Positions 1-9,947 of a stretch of DNA of 64,000 nt are shown here, one piece after another. Position numbers and translations under genes: made by a program. Below the pieces are notes generated by a model. It was not told the origin of the DNA and searched no databases. It saw only the letters and a program-made list of their open reading frames with translations. Origin of the DNA: an uncultured Trueperaceae bacterium. Lineage in GTDB: Bacteria > Deinococcota > Deinococci > Deinococcales > Trueperaceae. The stretch lies in the NCBI GenBank assembly GCA_963727505.1, contig CAVSGP010000006.1, forward strand, positions 160,001 through 224,000, read 5' to 3'. Each line of letters begins with the position of its first letter. Position 1 is the first letter of the stretch.

Positions 1-1261
1 AGCTGGCGAGCCGCGTGTCGAGCTTGGTGAACAGGTCGCTCAGGCCCTTGGTCGCCGCCGCATCGTCGCTGCTCTTCAACACGAACACGGTGGACCCCAG
101 CACGTCGGTGCTGGGCATGCCGGCCTGTTGCGGTGCCGGCGAGGGGGTCGCGATGATGCCCACGTTGCCGCCCGACCAGGCGAAGAGGTCGGCCTTGAGG
201 TCGATGCCGACCATGCCCTGGACGAACTGGTTCAGATCCGTCACGCCGAGCTGCGGTTCGCTGGCGACGAGGCCGCCGAGGTAGTCCCACCAGGCGCCCA
301 GGTCGAGCGCGCTGCTGCTGACGCTGAGGGTGTCGGCGGGGGCGAGCCCCAGTGGGTCGGTCGAGGCCGGGCTGGACGAGGACAGCAGGGCGTACAGGGC
401 CGGGTCCTTGTCGGACGGGCCCAGCAGCCGCAGGCTGTGCGTCTCGACGCCGTCCGCCGTGATCACGGTGACGCCGCCGCTGGTGCCGATGGTGGTGAGC
501 GCGTTGGCGACGCGCTGCGCCAGGGCGTCCATGCCCTGGGCGGCCAGGAGGGGCTGCACCATGGAGGCGACGGGAGCGAGGTCGACGTAGGTCATGATGT
601 TCCCGCCCCTGAGGGTGCCGAGGGTCGCCTTGTAGCCCGCGCTGTCGGTGAAGGACGGCTCGCTGGCGCCCTGCTGGCGGCGGAGCACGCCGCGAAGGGC
701 GTCGGGGTTGTTCGACAAGGCCACGAGGGCGCCGTCCTGGGCGTAGGCGACCTGCGTGGTGGCGCCGTTACCGTCGTCGACCGTGGAGACGTAGAAGTCG
801 ATCTTGCCCTCGGTGAGCTTCTGGACGCCGGGCTGGCCGGCCTCCTTGGCGAGCAGCTTGGCGGCCGCCTGCTGCGCCTTGGCGTCCGCGTGGGCCACGA
901 AGACCACGGCCGGGAGCGGGTTGCCCTGGCGAAGGGCGATCGCGAGGTAGGCCTCGTTGCCGAGGAGGTCCAGCGCGCCGAGCCCCTTCAGCTCCGCGGG
1001 CATCTGGCTCAGGTTGGGTAGGTTCGCCGACTGTTCGGCCTGCTTCTCGGCGGACGCGAACGCGTCCTGGAAGGCCTTCGCGACTCCAAGCCGCTCGAAC
1101 TCGTCGAGGAACGGCTGGATCTTGGCCTGCTGGCCGCTGAGCCCCTGCACTCCGATGGCTGCCACGGTGTCGGGCGGCAGCAGGGAGCGCAGCGACTGGG
1201 CCAGTGCACCCGAGAACGCGGCGAGAACGAGGGCGACGAGTACGGTGCTGACGCGCTTCAT
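1..1261 (-). CDS. Exported protein, DUF3352-like; 3' end runs off the window
   Basis: ATG at 1261 with GGAGG RBS (1266-1270) and a TATAGT -10 (1328-1323). Reads MKRVSTVLVALVLAAFSGALA-QSLRSLLPPDTVAA (signal peptide). It is absent from the ORF track, consistent with a frame that stays open to the window edge. Family call is from memory only. Confidence 0.65.
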   Translation of the reverse strand, partial: MKRVSTVLVALVLAAFSGALAQSLRSLLPPDTVAAIGVQGLSGQQAKIQPFLDEFERLGVAKAFQDAFASAEKQAEQSANLPNLSQMPAELKGLGALDLLGNEAYLAIALRQGNPLPAVVFVAHADAKAQQAAAKLLAKEAGQPGVQKLTEGKIDFYVSTVDDGNGATTQVAYAQDGALVALSNNPDALRGVLRRQQGASEPSFTDSAGYKATLGTLRGGNIMTYVDLAPVASMVQPLLAAQGMDALAQRVANALTTIGTSGGVTVITADGVETHSLRLLGPSDKDPALYALLSSSSPASTDPLGLAPADTLSVSSSALDLGAWWDYLGGLVASEPQLGVTDLNQFVQGMVGIDLKADLFAWSGGNVGIIATPSPAPQQAGMPSTDVLGSTVFVLKSSDDAAATKGLSDLFTKLDTRLAS

Positions 1262-1400
1262 GGGACCTCCGCTGGGGTGTCGATGTGACCTTGGCGCCGT
1301 GCGTCACGGCGCGTTCCCAACCACTATACGGGCCACCGCCGGGCGCACACGGCGCGTGTGTCCCATCGCACGACATGCCCTGCTGTGGGTGTGATCCGTC

Positions 1401-1435
1401 CGCCGGGGAGCGCCTACCGGCTGCGCTCCCCGGCG
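1401..1435 (-). terminator. GC-rich hairpin downstream of tkt
   Basis: CGCCGGGGAGCGC-N9-GCGCTCCCCGGCG, a 13-bp stem right after the tkt stop. No clear U-tract. Confidence 0.45.
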
Positions 1436-1442
1436 CGTGCGA

Positions 1443-3470
1443 TCAGGCGCGGCGCGTGCGGGTCAGGCTCTCGCGGGCGGCGTCGACCACGTGTTGTGCC
1501 GTGAAGCCGTACTCCTTCATCACACGTGCGCCGGGCGCGGACCGCCCGAAGCGGTCGACGCCCAGGATGACGCCGGCGTCGCCGGCGTAGCGCTCCCAGC
1601 CGAGGGAGGCGCCGGCCTCCACGGTGACGCGCGCCTTCACGGAAGCCGGCAGGACCGCCTCCCGGTAGGCGGCGTCCTGCGCTTCGAACAGCTCCCAGCT
1701 CGGCAGGCTGATGACGCGCGCGCGCACGCCCTCCTCGGCCAGCGTCTGCTGCGCCTCCAGGCAGAGCGCCACCTCGGAGCCGGTGGCGATCAGGAGGGCG
1801 TCGGGATCGCCGTCGCCGTCCTCCTGCGAGAGTACGTAGCCACCCTTGGCTACGCTGCCTGCGGGCACGTCGAGCACGGGCACGTTCTGGCGGGTGAAGG
1901 CGAACGCGACGGGCCCGGTGCGGTGCTGCATGGCGGTCGCCCACGCCTGCGCCGTCTCGTTCGGGTCGGCCGGGCGGATCACGGTGACGTTGGGGATCGC
2001 GCGCAGCGCCATGAGCTGGGCGATCGGCTGATGGGTAGGGCCGTCGCCGCCGAGGCCGATACTGTCGTGGGTGAACACGTAGAGCACCGGCTGGCCCATG
2101 AGGGCCGACAGGCGCAGGGCCGGGCGCAGGTAGTCGGAGAAGATCAGGAACGTGGCCACGAAGGGGCGCACGCCGCCGTGCAGGCTGAGCCCGTTGGCGA
2201 TGGCCGCCATGCCGTGCTCGCGGATGCCGAAGTGCAGGATGCGGCCGCCGTACGAACCACGTGCGATGGAGGCGGCGCCCACGATGTCGGTGTGGTTGGA
2301 CCCGGCCAGGTCGGCCGATCCGCCGATCAGCTCGGGTACCCGGGGCGCCAGGGCGTTGATCGCCTGCTGCGAGGCCTTGCGGGTCGCTAGCTGGGTGCCC
2401 GGTTCGAAGGTCGGCAGGTCGGCGTCGAAGCCCTCCGGAAGGTCGCCGGACAGGGTCCGTTCGAGCTCGGCGGCGAGGTCGGGGTGCGCCTGCCGGTAGC
2501 GCTCCATGAGCGCCTGCCATGCCTGCTCGGCGCGCTGCCCCTCCTCCTGGACGGCCCGGTAGTCCTCCGCGACGTCGTCGGGCACGGTGAACGGCTCCCA
2601 ATCGATGCCGAGGTTCTCCTTGGCAGCCTTCGCTTCCTCGTCGCCGAGGACGGAGCCGTGCACGGCGGACGTTCCCTGCTTGTGGGGTGCGCCGTAGCCG
2701 ATGATGCTGCGCACGCGGATGAAGCTGGGGCGCAGCACCTCCCGCCGGGCCTCGGATACGGCTGCCTGCAAGGCCGCCACGTCGTTGGCGTCGTCGACGG
2801 AGGCAACATGCCAGCCGTAGGCCCGGTAGCGCTCCAGGACGTCCTCCGAGAACGTGATGTCGGTGGAGCCGTCGATGGAGATGTCGTTGTCGTCGTAGAG
2901 CACGATCAGCTTGCCGAGACCGTGGTGGCCGGCGAAGGAAGACGCCTCGCTGGACACGCCCTCCATGATGTCGCCGTCGGATGCGATGACGTAGGTGTGA
3001 TGGTCGATCACGTCGAAGCCGGGTTGGTTGAAGCGCGCGGCCAGGTGGGCCTCCGCCAGCGCCATGCCGACGGCCGTGCTGATGCCCTGCCCGAGCGGGC
3101 CGGTGGTCGTCTCGACGCCGGGGGTGTGGCCGTACTCCGGGTGGCCGGGCGTCTTGCTGCCCCACTGGCGGTAGTGCTCGAGCTCGGCCATGGAGAGGTC
3201 GTAGCCCGTCAGGTGCAGGAGGCTGTACTGGAGCATCGAGCCGTGACCCGCCGACTGGACGTAGCGGTCGCGGTCGGGCCAGGCTGGATTCCTCGGATTG
3301 TGCTTCATCGCGTACCGGTACAGCAGGTAGCCGACCGGGGCCATGCCCATCGGCATGCCCGGGTGGCCGTCGCCCGCCGCCTGGGTGGCGTCGATGACGA
3401 GCGCTCGGATGGCGTTGATCGCACGCTGCTGGAGCGTGTCGTTGCTGCCCGTGGTGATGTTGTCGGTCAT
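1443..3470 (-). CDS. tkt: Transketolase
   Basis: [37 protein letters not shown] (ThDP motif), FGIREHGM and [16 protein letters not shown] motifs; 675 aa; GAGGAGG RBS. Confidence 0.97.
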   Translation of the reverse strand: MTDNITTGSNDTLQQRAINAIRALVIDATQAAGDGHPGMPMGMAPVGYLLYRYAMKHNPRNPAWPDRDRYVQSAGHGSMLQYSLLHLTGYDLSMAELEHYRQWGSKTPGHPEYGHTPGVETTTGPLGQGISTAVGMALAEAHLAARFNQPGFDVIDHHTYVIASDGDIMEGVSSEASSFAGHHGLGKLIVLYDDNDISIDGSTDITFSEDVLERYRAYGWHVASVDDANDVAALQAAVSEARREVLRPSFIRVRSIIGYGAPHKQGTSAVHGSVLGDEEAKAAKENLGIDWEPFTVPDDVAEDYRAVQEEGQRAEQAWQALMERYRQAHPDLAAELERTLSGDLPEGFDADLPTFEPGTQLATRKASQQAINALAPRVPELIGGSADLAGSNHTDIVGAASIARGSYGGRILHFGIREHGMAAIANGLSLHGGVRPFVATFLIFSDYLRPALRLSALMGQPVLYVFTHDSIGLGGDGPTHQPIAQLMALRAIPNVTVIRPADPNETAQAWATAMQHRTGPVAFAFTRQNVPVLDVPAGSVAKGGYVLSQEDGDGDPDALLIATGSEVALCLEAQQTLAEEGVRARVISLPSWELFEAQDAAYREAVLPASVKARVTVEAGASLGWERYAGDAGVILGVDRFGRSAPGARVMKEYGFTAQHVVDAARESLTRTRRA

Positions 3471-3584
3471 GCTGCCTCCTCGTCGGGGCGCGGGGCCGAA
3501 CCGCTCCCGACCGACCCACCATAGCAGCGGCGGTCCGGGGCGCAGGTCACGTCGTCCACGCGTTCCCGAGCGGTCGAGCGGTCT

Positions 3585-4088
3585 TCAGGCCGTGCTCGCT
3601 TCGGCGTCCCCCTTGCGTTCGCGTCGCCGCAGGATGTCCTGCCGGACGCGCTCACCGGTCTCCCAGTGGCGCTTCTCCAGCGCGGTCTCCACCCGGAGCT
3701 GTGGCACGGGGGTGGGCCGGCCGTCCTCGCCGATGGCCACGAAGTTGAGGTGGCCGATGGTGCACAGCCGGCGCTCGCCGGTGATGGGGTTCTCGCCGTG
3801 CACCTCGCTGCGCACGATCATGCTGGTCCTCCCCGTCCAGGCGACGCGGCTCTTGAGCTCGACGATCTCGCCGACGTAGATGGGGTTGCGGAAGTCGACC
3901 GGCTCCGTCGAGGCCGTCACCGATGCCTGACGGCAGAAACGCACGCAGGCGACGCTGGCGTTGATGTCCATCCACTGAAGCACCACCCCGCCGAAGAGGG
4001 TACCGAGCGGGTTGACCTGGTTCGGGAACACCGTGTCGACGGTGACCACCCAGTCGGACACACGGATCTCGCTGGGGTCGATGGGCAC
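3585..4088 (-). CDS. Acyl-CoA thioesterase (HotDog, YciA-like), probably leaderless
   Basis: FPNQVNPLGTLFGGVVLQWMD...VTAS...GRTSM motifs. GTG at 4088 lies 6 nt after a TATACT -10. Confidence 0.88.
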   Translation of the reverse strand: MPIDPSEIRVSDWVVTVDTVFPNQVNPLGTLFGGVVLQWMDINASVACVRFCRQASVTASTEPVDFRNPIYVGEIVELKSRVAWTGRTSMIVRSEVHGENPITGERRLCTIGHLNFVAIGEDGRPTPVPQLRVETALEKRHWETGERVRQDILRRRERKGDAEASTA

Positions 4089-4093
4089 GGTTT

Positions 4094-4145
4094 CAGTATA
4101 GAGGGCCGGTATAGGGGGCCAGTACAGAGGGCCAGTACAGAGGCG
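4094..4145. repeat. 13-bp tandem repeat x4 over the thioesterase promoter
   Basis: CAGTATAGAGGGC / CGGTATAGGGGGC / CAGTACAGAGGGC / CAGTACAGAGGCG. Confidence 0.85.
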
Positions 4146-4229
4146 CGGGCTCCCGGCGTTCGCGTTGGCCCCTTGTATACTCGGCGGCGACGCGGGAGCA
4201 CCACCCCCGCGGCTCGTGGAGGTTGAACC

Positions 4230-4817
4230 ATGGCAAGCCGAGCGCTCTCGACGACGCTCATCCAGCGGATCCTTCCCGACCGGCGAGACCGCAGCGCCTT
4301 GCGGGCCGCCCTGCAGGTCGTGGTCGGCGTGGCCTTCCTGGCCGCGCTGGCGCAGGTGCGCCTGCAGCTCGGTCCGGTGCCCTTCACCGGCCAGACGCTC
4401 GGCGTGCTGCTCCTGGGCACCGCGTACGGCCTCGGCCTCGGCGCCCTCACCACGGCGGCCTATGTGGCGCTGGGAACGCTCGGCCTGCCACTGTTCACCG
4501 GCTGGCAGGGGGGCCTCGCCCACCTGATGGGACCGACCGGCGGCTACCTGATCGGCTTCGTGCTGGCTTCGGCGCTGCTGGGCTGGCTGGCTCAGCGCGG
4601 ATGGGACCGGAGCTACGGCCGCACCGTCGGCGCCATGCTGTTGGCCGAGCTCGCCATCTATGTGCCGGGTCTGCTGTGGCTGCACGGCGTGCTGGGCGGG
4701 AGCTGGGCGCAGACGCTGGCCCTGGGACTGGTGCCGTTCCTGATCGGGGACGCGGTCAAGATGCTGCTGGCCGTAGGGTTGCTGCCGAGCGCCTGGCGGG
4801 CGCTGGGCGAGCGCTGA
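4230..4817 (+). CDS. bioY: Biotin transporter BioY (ECF S component)
   Basis: GPVPFTGQTLGVLL, GLPLF, GPTGGYLIGF and PFLIGDAVK signature segments; GGAGG RBS; TATACT at 4176-4181. Confidence 0.93.
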   Translation: MASRALSTTLIQRILPDRRDRSALRAALQVVVGVAFLAALAQVRLQLGPVPFTGQTLGVLLLGTAYGLGLGALTTAAYVALGTLGLPLFTGWQGGLAHLMGPTGGYLIGFVLASALLGWLAQRGWDRSYGRTVGAMLLAELAIYVPGLLWLHGVLGGSWAQTLALGLVPFLIGDAVKMLLAVGLLPSAWRALGER

Positions 4818-4825
4818 GCGAGCGC

Positions 4826-5710
4826 ATGGCGAAGGGCGGCGCGGACGCCGAATCCGGGGCGCGTGCTGGTGCCGGCGCGGCCGCCGCTGCGGTGACCGAT
4901 GGAGCTGTGGCGCGAACGCAGCAGCGCGCGCGAACGCGCTTCGCCGCGTCGGCGCAAGCCTACGTGAACAGCGTGACGCACGCCCGGGGGGACGAGCTCC
5001 CGCGCCTGGTGGAGGCGGCGCGCTCGCGCCTGGGCGACCTCACGGGGTGCCGTGCGCTCGACGTCGCCACCGGCGGCGGGCACACGGCGCGGGCCCTGGC
5101 CGCGGCCGGCGCGCATGTCACCGTCTCCGACCTGACGCCCGAGATGCTCGCCGCCGCCGAGACGCACCTTCGTGAGGCGGTGCCGGGTGCGGCGTTGGAC
5201 TTCGTGGTCGCCGCCGCCGAGGCACTGCCCTTCGCAGACGGTGCGTTCGAGATCGTGAGCTGCCGCATCGCGGCGCACCACTTCGGCGACCCGCGTGCCT
5301 TCCTGGCCGCGGCGCGGCGCGTGCTGGCGCCCGGCGGGGTGTTCCTGCTGGTGGACAACGTGGCGCCGGAGGACCCGCGGCTGGGCGAGGCGATGAACGA
5401 GGTCGAGCGCCTGCGCGACCCGAGCCACGTGGAGGCCTACCGGGTGTCCACCTGGATGCGCTGGCTGGGGGAGGCGGGGCTCGAGCCCTACCTGCTCGAG
5501 CGCTTCTGGCGCGTCAAGCCGCTGGCCTCGTGGCTGCGGCGGGCCGACACCTCACCGGAGAACGAGACGGCGCTGCGGGCGTTGCTCGAGGGTGCCGACG
5601 AGGCGGTGCGGCGCTACCTGGTCGCGCCGGACGCCGGGGCGGGCAGGGCGTCCGAGCCCGAGCTCCGGCACGAGGTCATGCTACTGGCTGCGTCCGCGGG
5701 ACCGGTCTGA
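4826..5710 (+). CDS. Class I SAM-dependent methyltransferase
   Basis: LDVATGGGH (motif I), DLTPEML, AEALPFADGAFE, CRIAAHHF and RDPSHV motifs. Start position approximate. Confidence 0.85.
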   Translation: MAKGGADAESGARAGAGAAAAAVTDGAVARTQQRARTRFAASAQAYVNSVTHARGDELPRLVEAARSRLGDLTGCRALDVATGGGHTARALAAAGAHVTVSDLTPEMLAAAETHLREAVPGAALDFVVAAAEALPFADGAFEIVSCRIAAHHFGDPRAFLAAARRVLAPGGVFLLVDNVAPEDPRLGEAMNEVERLRDPSHVEAYRVSTWMRWLGEAGLEPYLLERFWRVKPLASWLRRADTSPENETALRALLEGADEAVRRYLVAPDAGAGRASEPELRHEVMLLAASAGPV

Positions 5711-5756
5711 GCCGACGTCGACGCGAGGGCGCGCTGTACCCTGGCGTCCCGAACGA

Positions 5757-5792
5757 CGGAAACGCGCTCCCCAGCCTGAGCCGGGGAGCGCG
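5757..5792 (-). terminator. Intrinsic terminator (possibly bidirectional)
   Basis: Minus strand CGCGCTCCCC-N10-GGGGAGCGCG followed by TTTCC. Confidence 0.65.
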
Positions 5793-5927
5793 CCGGTAAC
5801 CCGCCAGAATCTCGAGGGAACCCTGAGGTTCCTTCTGAACTCAAGAAGGCGGTCCTGAGTTACCCTCGACGGGTACCTCCACTGGTCTCTTTACTCGTAT
5901 GTATTAGGACCACCTCCTTTCCGTGGT
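5757..5927 (-). ncRNA. Candidate structured small RNA or small-peptide mRNA (unannotated)
   Basis: Has its own promoter, a 5' hairpin ACCAC-GGAAAGGAG-GTGGT, a long internal helix and a 3' terminator. No AUG-initiated ORF. Confidence 0.6.
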
Positions 5928-5933
5928 GCGTCT

Positions 5934-5962
5934 ACTATACCCCTGGATCGCGTCGCTGTCAC
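5934..5962 (-). promoter_or_regulatory. Sigma70-type promoter for the small transcript
   Basis: GTGACA (5962-5957) - 17 bp - TATAGT (5939-5934). Confidence 0.7.
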
Positions 5963-6345
5963 GGGTTGGGGCTCACCGGGGGCTGTAGGCGATGACGTGC
6001 GCGCGGGCGCCCGGCGGAGACGGCGACCGCATGGCCCGAGGCAATGTGAAGCGGTGTCCGGACGATTCGAGGCGGGTTGGGAAGCGTTCGACGTGGTTGT
6101 CCTACACAGCGTGAGCGCTCTGGAGGACATCTGCCTCTTACCGTCGTGCCGGGCCAGGTGGATGGTGGCCTTGCGTTGCCTGACGCCAGCAAGTCGGTTT
6201 GGGGAGGGGGTGTGCTCGTCACCTGCGTGTTCTCAATGGGTTTTCAGGGAGAGCGTCAGGCGGACGGGCACGTGCTGGCGTGTCGGTGGCCCCGTGGTTC
6301 TCCTGACGGAGAGACCATCTCGCCGATGCAGAAGGGGGACCCGAA

Positions 6346-8025
6346 GTGTTGCGACCGTTCGGAACTCGGAATCGACGCCCAGCTGTCAGCCGTCTTCCCG
6401 TCCAGATTGTGGTCTCGGCGCTCGCGGTGGCAGCCCTCGCGCCTGTCGTATCGGCGCAGGCGTCTCCCACGGCATCGCAGCCGCCGAGTGAGCACGTGAT
6501 CTCCGCGGACGAGACGGTCGTCGACACCGACGCCGGCAGGTTGATGGGGGCTCGCTACGAGGGCATCTATGACTTCCGCGGTGTTCAGTACGCGCAAGCC
6601 GAGCGCTTCATGCCGCCCGAACCAGTGACGCCTTGGGATGGGATCAAGCCCGCCGTGCACTACGGGCAGAACTGCCCGGTCCCACCGATGACGTCGGTGG
6701 CCAACGGGGAGTTGTTCAATCCGCATCGCTACCTGCCGGAGAGCGAGGATTGCCTGTTCCTGAACGTATGGACGCCCGGCATCAACGACGGCGTCAAGCG
6801 CCCAGTCATGGTGTGGATCCATGGCGGTGGGTTCACGAACGGCTCGGGCATCGAGCAGGTCGTGTACGACGGCCACAACCTCAGCAAGCGGGGGGACGTG
6901 GTCGTCATCTCCCTGAATCACCGGCTCAACGTACTGGGCTTCCTCGACCTGTCCGCCTACGGTCCTGCCTACAGGTACTCCGGCAATGTGGGCATCATGG
7001 ATCTGGTTGCTGCGCTTCAGTGGGTGCACGACAACGTCGCGGCGTTCGGCGGCGATCCCGACAGCGTGACGATCTGCGGGCAGTCGGGCGGCGGCGCGAA
7101 GGTCGCGGCGCTCATGGGCGACCCGGCGGCCGAGGGGCTGTTCGAGAAGGGCATCGTTGAGAGCGGCGTCTGGGGCACTCTGTTCGCCGATCAGGCTTCT
7201 GCGCACCTGGTGGCGAAGTACACACTGCAGAATCTCGGGCTGACCGGTGATCAGGTCGATCGGTTGCGGGCTATCTCCTACGGCGAGCTCCTCGCTGCAG
7301 GGACGAAGGCCTTGACGCAGGTCGCCGATGCTGGGGCGGGGAGCTCGCGTTGGACTCCGGTGCTGGATGGGGATTACTTCCCTGTCATCCCGATCGGCGA
7401 TGCTTGGGCTCCTCAGGCGAAGGACATCCCGCTTCTGATCGGCAACGTCCTGAACGAGTTCCAGACGATCGTCACGAAGGATCCGGGGGACCTCTTCGCT
7501 GACAACAAGGATGATTGGAGCAACCAGAAGGTTCGCGAGATGTTGGCGAAGCGCTTCGGTGACAAAGCGGATGCGGTGGCGAAGGCGTTCCTCGCGGCCT
7601 ATCCGAACAAGACGCTCGCGGACGCCTACTTCCTGGACACGCTGTTCCGGCCGGGAACGATCCTCTGGGCGGACGCGAAGGCGCGACAGGGCGGAGCTCC
7701 GGTCTACAGCTACATGTTCACCAAGGAGTCACCGGTGATGGGCGGGATTGGCATGGCGTACCACTGCTCCGAACTGCCGTACGTGTTCGACAACGTTGGG
7801 TTGGTCCCGCAAGCGACCGGGGGAGACGCCGCAGCGTTCGCGCTGGCGGACAAGGTGAGTTCGGCCTGGGTGAACTTCGCTCGCGCCGGGAATCCCAGTG
7901 CCAGGGGTCTTCCTGATTGGCCGGCGTATACCTTGGGCACCAGGGCGACGATGATCCTGGACGACGTCAACCGGGTTGCCGACGATCCTGACGGGGCGTT
8001 GATGAAGGCAGCCGGCGCCCTCTGA
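6346..8025 (+). CDS. Secreted type-B carboxylesterase/lipase (PnbA-like)
   Basis: SEDCLFLNVW, WIHGGGF oxyanion hole, GQSGG nucleophile, YHCSEL His; signal-like segment ending VSA-QA. Start uncertain. Confidence 0.92.
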   Translation: MLRPFGTRNRRPAVSRLPVQIVVSALAVAALAPVVSAQASPTASQPPSEHVISADETVVDTDAGRLMGARYEGIYDFRGVQYAQAERFMPPEPVTPWDGIKPAVHYGQNCPVPPMTSVANGELFNPHRYLPESEDCLFLNVWTPGINDGVKRPVMVWIHGGGFTNGSGIEQVVYDGHNLSKRGDVVVISLNHRLNVLGFLDLSAYGPAYRYSGNVGIMDLVAALQWVHDNVAAFGGDPDSVTICGQSGGGAKVAALMGDPAAEGLFEKGIVESGVWGTLFADQASAHLVAKYTLQNLGLTGDQVDRLRAISYGELLAAGTKALTQVADAGAGSSRWTPVLDGDYFPVIPIGDAWAPQAKDIPLLIGNVLNEFQTIVTKDPGDLFADNKDDWSNQKVREMLAKRFGDKADAVAKAFLAAYPNKTLADAYFLDTLFRPGTILWADAKARQGGAPVYSYMFTKESPVMGGIGMAYHCSELPYVFDNVGLVPQATGGDAAAFALADKVSSAWVNFARAGNPSARGLPDWPAYTLGTRATMILDDVNRVADDPDGALMKAAGAL

Positions 8026-8228
8026 ATCGGAGCAGGTAGCGCCGGGCGGCGGGGGCCGGCGGTGCTGAAGCGGGTCGAATGGATCGAAGGACGGTTTCGG
8101 TCGACCATCGCGACGTCTGGCCGGCCGGCTTGAGGTCGGCCGGCGTTCGGGAGGTTGCGGGCACCGTTCCTGACAATGGAGCGGGCCGGCCACGAGGGCC
8201 GGCCCGCAAGCACGAGCGCGCGTGTGGC

Positions 8229-9686
8229 TCAGGGTTTGAAGACGAGGTAGCGGTAGTTGGTTTCGTCGGCGACGATCAACGCCTGGTCGGTCAGGAGGAA
8301 CCCTGCCGGGTAGTAGAGCGTGCGCGCGGTGGGGGTGCCGGCCGTGTTTGTCTGGCCGTCGTCGTTCTCGGTGACGTGCGTGAAGTCACTCTGGCCGAGC
8401 ACGTGAGCGGCGCTGGCGCCGTTCGTCGTGGGGATGCCGTCGAAGATCAGCACGCGGTTGTTGTCCGCATCGGCGACGAAGAGCTGGTTGCCGTTGCTCG
8501 CGAGGAAGTATGGAGTGTACATCCCGGCTGCGCCGGCAGCGGAAGCGTTGCTGGTCATGTCGGGCTGACCCACGACCACGTCGGCGGGCTGGGAGTTGCT
8601 GGTGGGGAAGGTGTTCCAGATCAGGACCCGGTTGTTGGCCTGATCAGCCACGATGAGGCGGGTGCCGTCCGACCAGACATCGCTCGGGTAGTCCAGCGTC
8701 GCGGCGGTGGCGTTGGTGCTATCGCTGCCGGCGCCGGCGTTCGCGTAGCAGCTGGTGAAGCTGCTCTGACCGAGCACGAGGTCGGGGGTGGCGCCGTTGC
8801 TGGTGGGGATGCTGTTGTAGATGAGCACCCGGTTGTTGTCGCTGTCGGCGACGATGAGCTTGCCGTTCACCGTGAAGATGCTCTCCGGGTCGTAGAGGCC
8901 CGTGGCGCTGCATGCGTTACCGCTGTTGCCGAAGGCGGTCTGGCCGACGACGAGGTCCGCCGGCGCCTGGGTAGTGGTCGGCACCGTGTTCCAGATGAGC
9001 ACGCGGTTGTTACTGTATTCGTCCACGAGCAGTTTACCGCCCGCGCTCATCACGGTCTGTGCCCCGTCCATGCCATCGGCGGTCGAGCTGGTGGCGGACG
9101 AGGTCAGGTTGGCCTGGCCGAGCACGAAGTCGGCACTGGCGCCGTTGCTGGTCGGGATGCCGCTCGAGAAGCCGAGCACCCGGTCGAAGCCATAGTCAGG
9201 GAGGTACAGCACGCCGTTGACGAGTGCCGGGTTGCCGTAGGGGTCCCCCACCGACGTCGCGGTCGCCGAGCCGGCTGCGGTGTTGGTGGACATGTCGGGT
9301 TGTCCGATGACCACCGAAGCGTTCTGGAAGTCGGTAAAGCTGAGGAAGGGGTAGACCAGGGTGAGCGTGATGGTCGAGGTACCGGCCCCCGAGGTGGCGG
9401 TGACCACGATGCTGTTGCTGCCGTCGGCCAGCGTGAGCGGTGCACTGAAGCTACTGCTGGTGTGGGTCGTGCCGCTGACGGCCGCGCCGTTGAGCTTCAC
9501 GCTCACGGCCGTGGCGGGACCGCCGCTGAGGGTGCCGGCGAGCGTCAGGCTGCGGCTCCCGACGATGCGTTGGCCGTCGGTGTTGGATGTCACGCTGATG
9601 GACACTTTGCTCGACGTCGAACAGCCGGCCAAGACCAGGGCCAATCCGAGAAGGGAAGCGTAGGCGAGTAGTTTCGGTCGCATCAT
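8229..9686 (-). CDS. Lipoprotein with Ig-like domain and NHL-like beta-propeller repeats
   Basis: Lipobox LAGC; Ser/Thr-rich Ig-like segment; about 5-6 repeats of ADxxNNRVLIxNxxPTxNGxxADxVxGQxDF; GGAGG RBS. Confidence 0.82.
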   Translation of the reverse strand: MMRPKLLAYASLLGLALVLAGCSTSSKVSISVTSNTDGQRIVGSRSLTLAGTLSGGPATAVSVKLNGAAVSGTTHTSSSFSAPLTLADGSNSIVVTATSGAGTSTITLTLVYPFLSFTDFQNASVVIGQPDMSTNTAAGSATATSVGDPYGNPALVNGVLYLPDYGFDRVLGFSSGIPTSNGASADFVLGQANLTSSATSSTADGMDGAQTVMSAGGKLLVDEYSNNRVLIWNTVPTTTQAPADLVVGQTAFGNSGNACSATGLYDPESIFTVNGKLIVADSDNNRVLIYNSIPTSNGATPDLVLGQSSFTSCYANAGAGSDSTNATAATLDYPSDVWSDGTRLIVADQANNRVLIWNTFPTSNSQPADVVVGQPDMTSNASAAGAAGMYTPYFLASNGNQLFVADADNNRVLIFDGIPTTNGASAAHVLGQSDFTHVTENDDGQTNTAGTPTARTLYYPAGFLLTDQALIVADETNYRYLVFKP

Positions 9687-9947
9687 ATGTTGCCTCCAGA
9701 ACGCACGTTTTCGGCATGCTAGCATCCTCGGGGGCGCGGCTCGAAGGATCGAGGAATCACTCCCTGCCGAAGTGCCTGAATTGTGAGTGTTCCCTCACTT
9801 CAAGATTCGACCCCCGGTGCGACAGGGCGTCTCTAGATGAGCACTCTCCATGGATGTGCTGATCGAAGGAGCTCACCAGGCAGAGCCTCGAGCACATTGG
9901 GCCGCGCGTCGGGCGCCGCGACGGGTGCCGCGACACCCGCAGCGGCC

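Noticed and set aside
4094..4145. CRISPR array (also considered for the NHL-gene repeats and the duplicated 36-bp block)
   Set aside because: No unique spacers between repeats, units are too short or coding, and no cas genes are present.
1401..5792. Shared CCGGGGAGCGC in the hairpins at 1401-1435 and 5763-5792 as a REP family
   Set aside because: Only two short GC-rich matches with opposite arm order, which is compatible with chance.
5757..5927. SRP RNA, tmRNA, tRNA or 6S RNA identity for the small transcript
   Set aside because: No SRP domain IV motif and no tRNA-like ends. The 5' and 3' ends do not pair into a full-length 6S-like rod by eye, though 6S cannot be fully excluded without cmscan.
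5891..6527. Short ORFs (79-164 aa) upstream of the esterase
   Set aside because: No motifs, atypical composition and mutual overlaps; likely non-coding.
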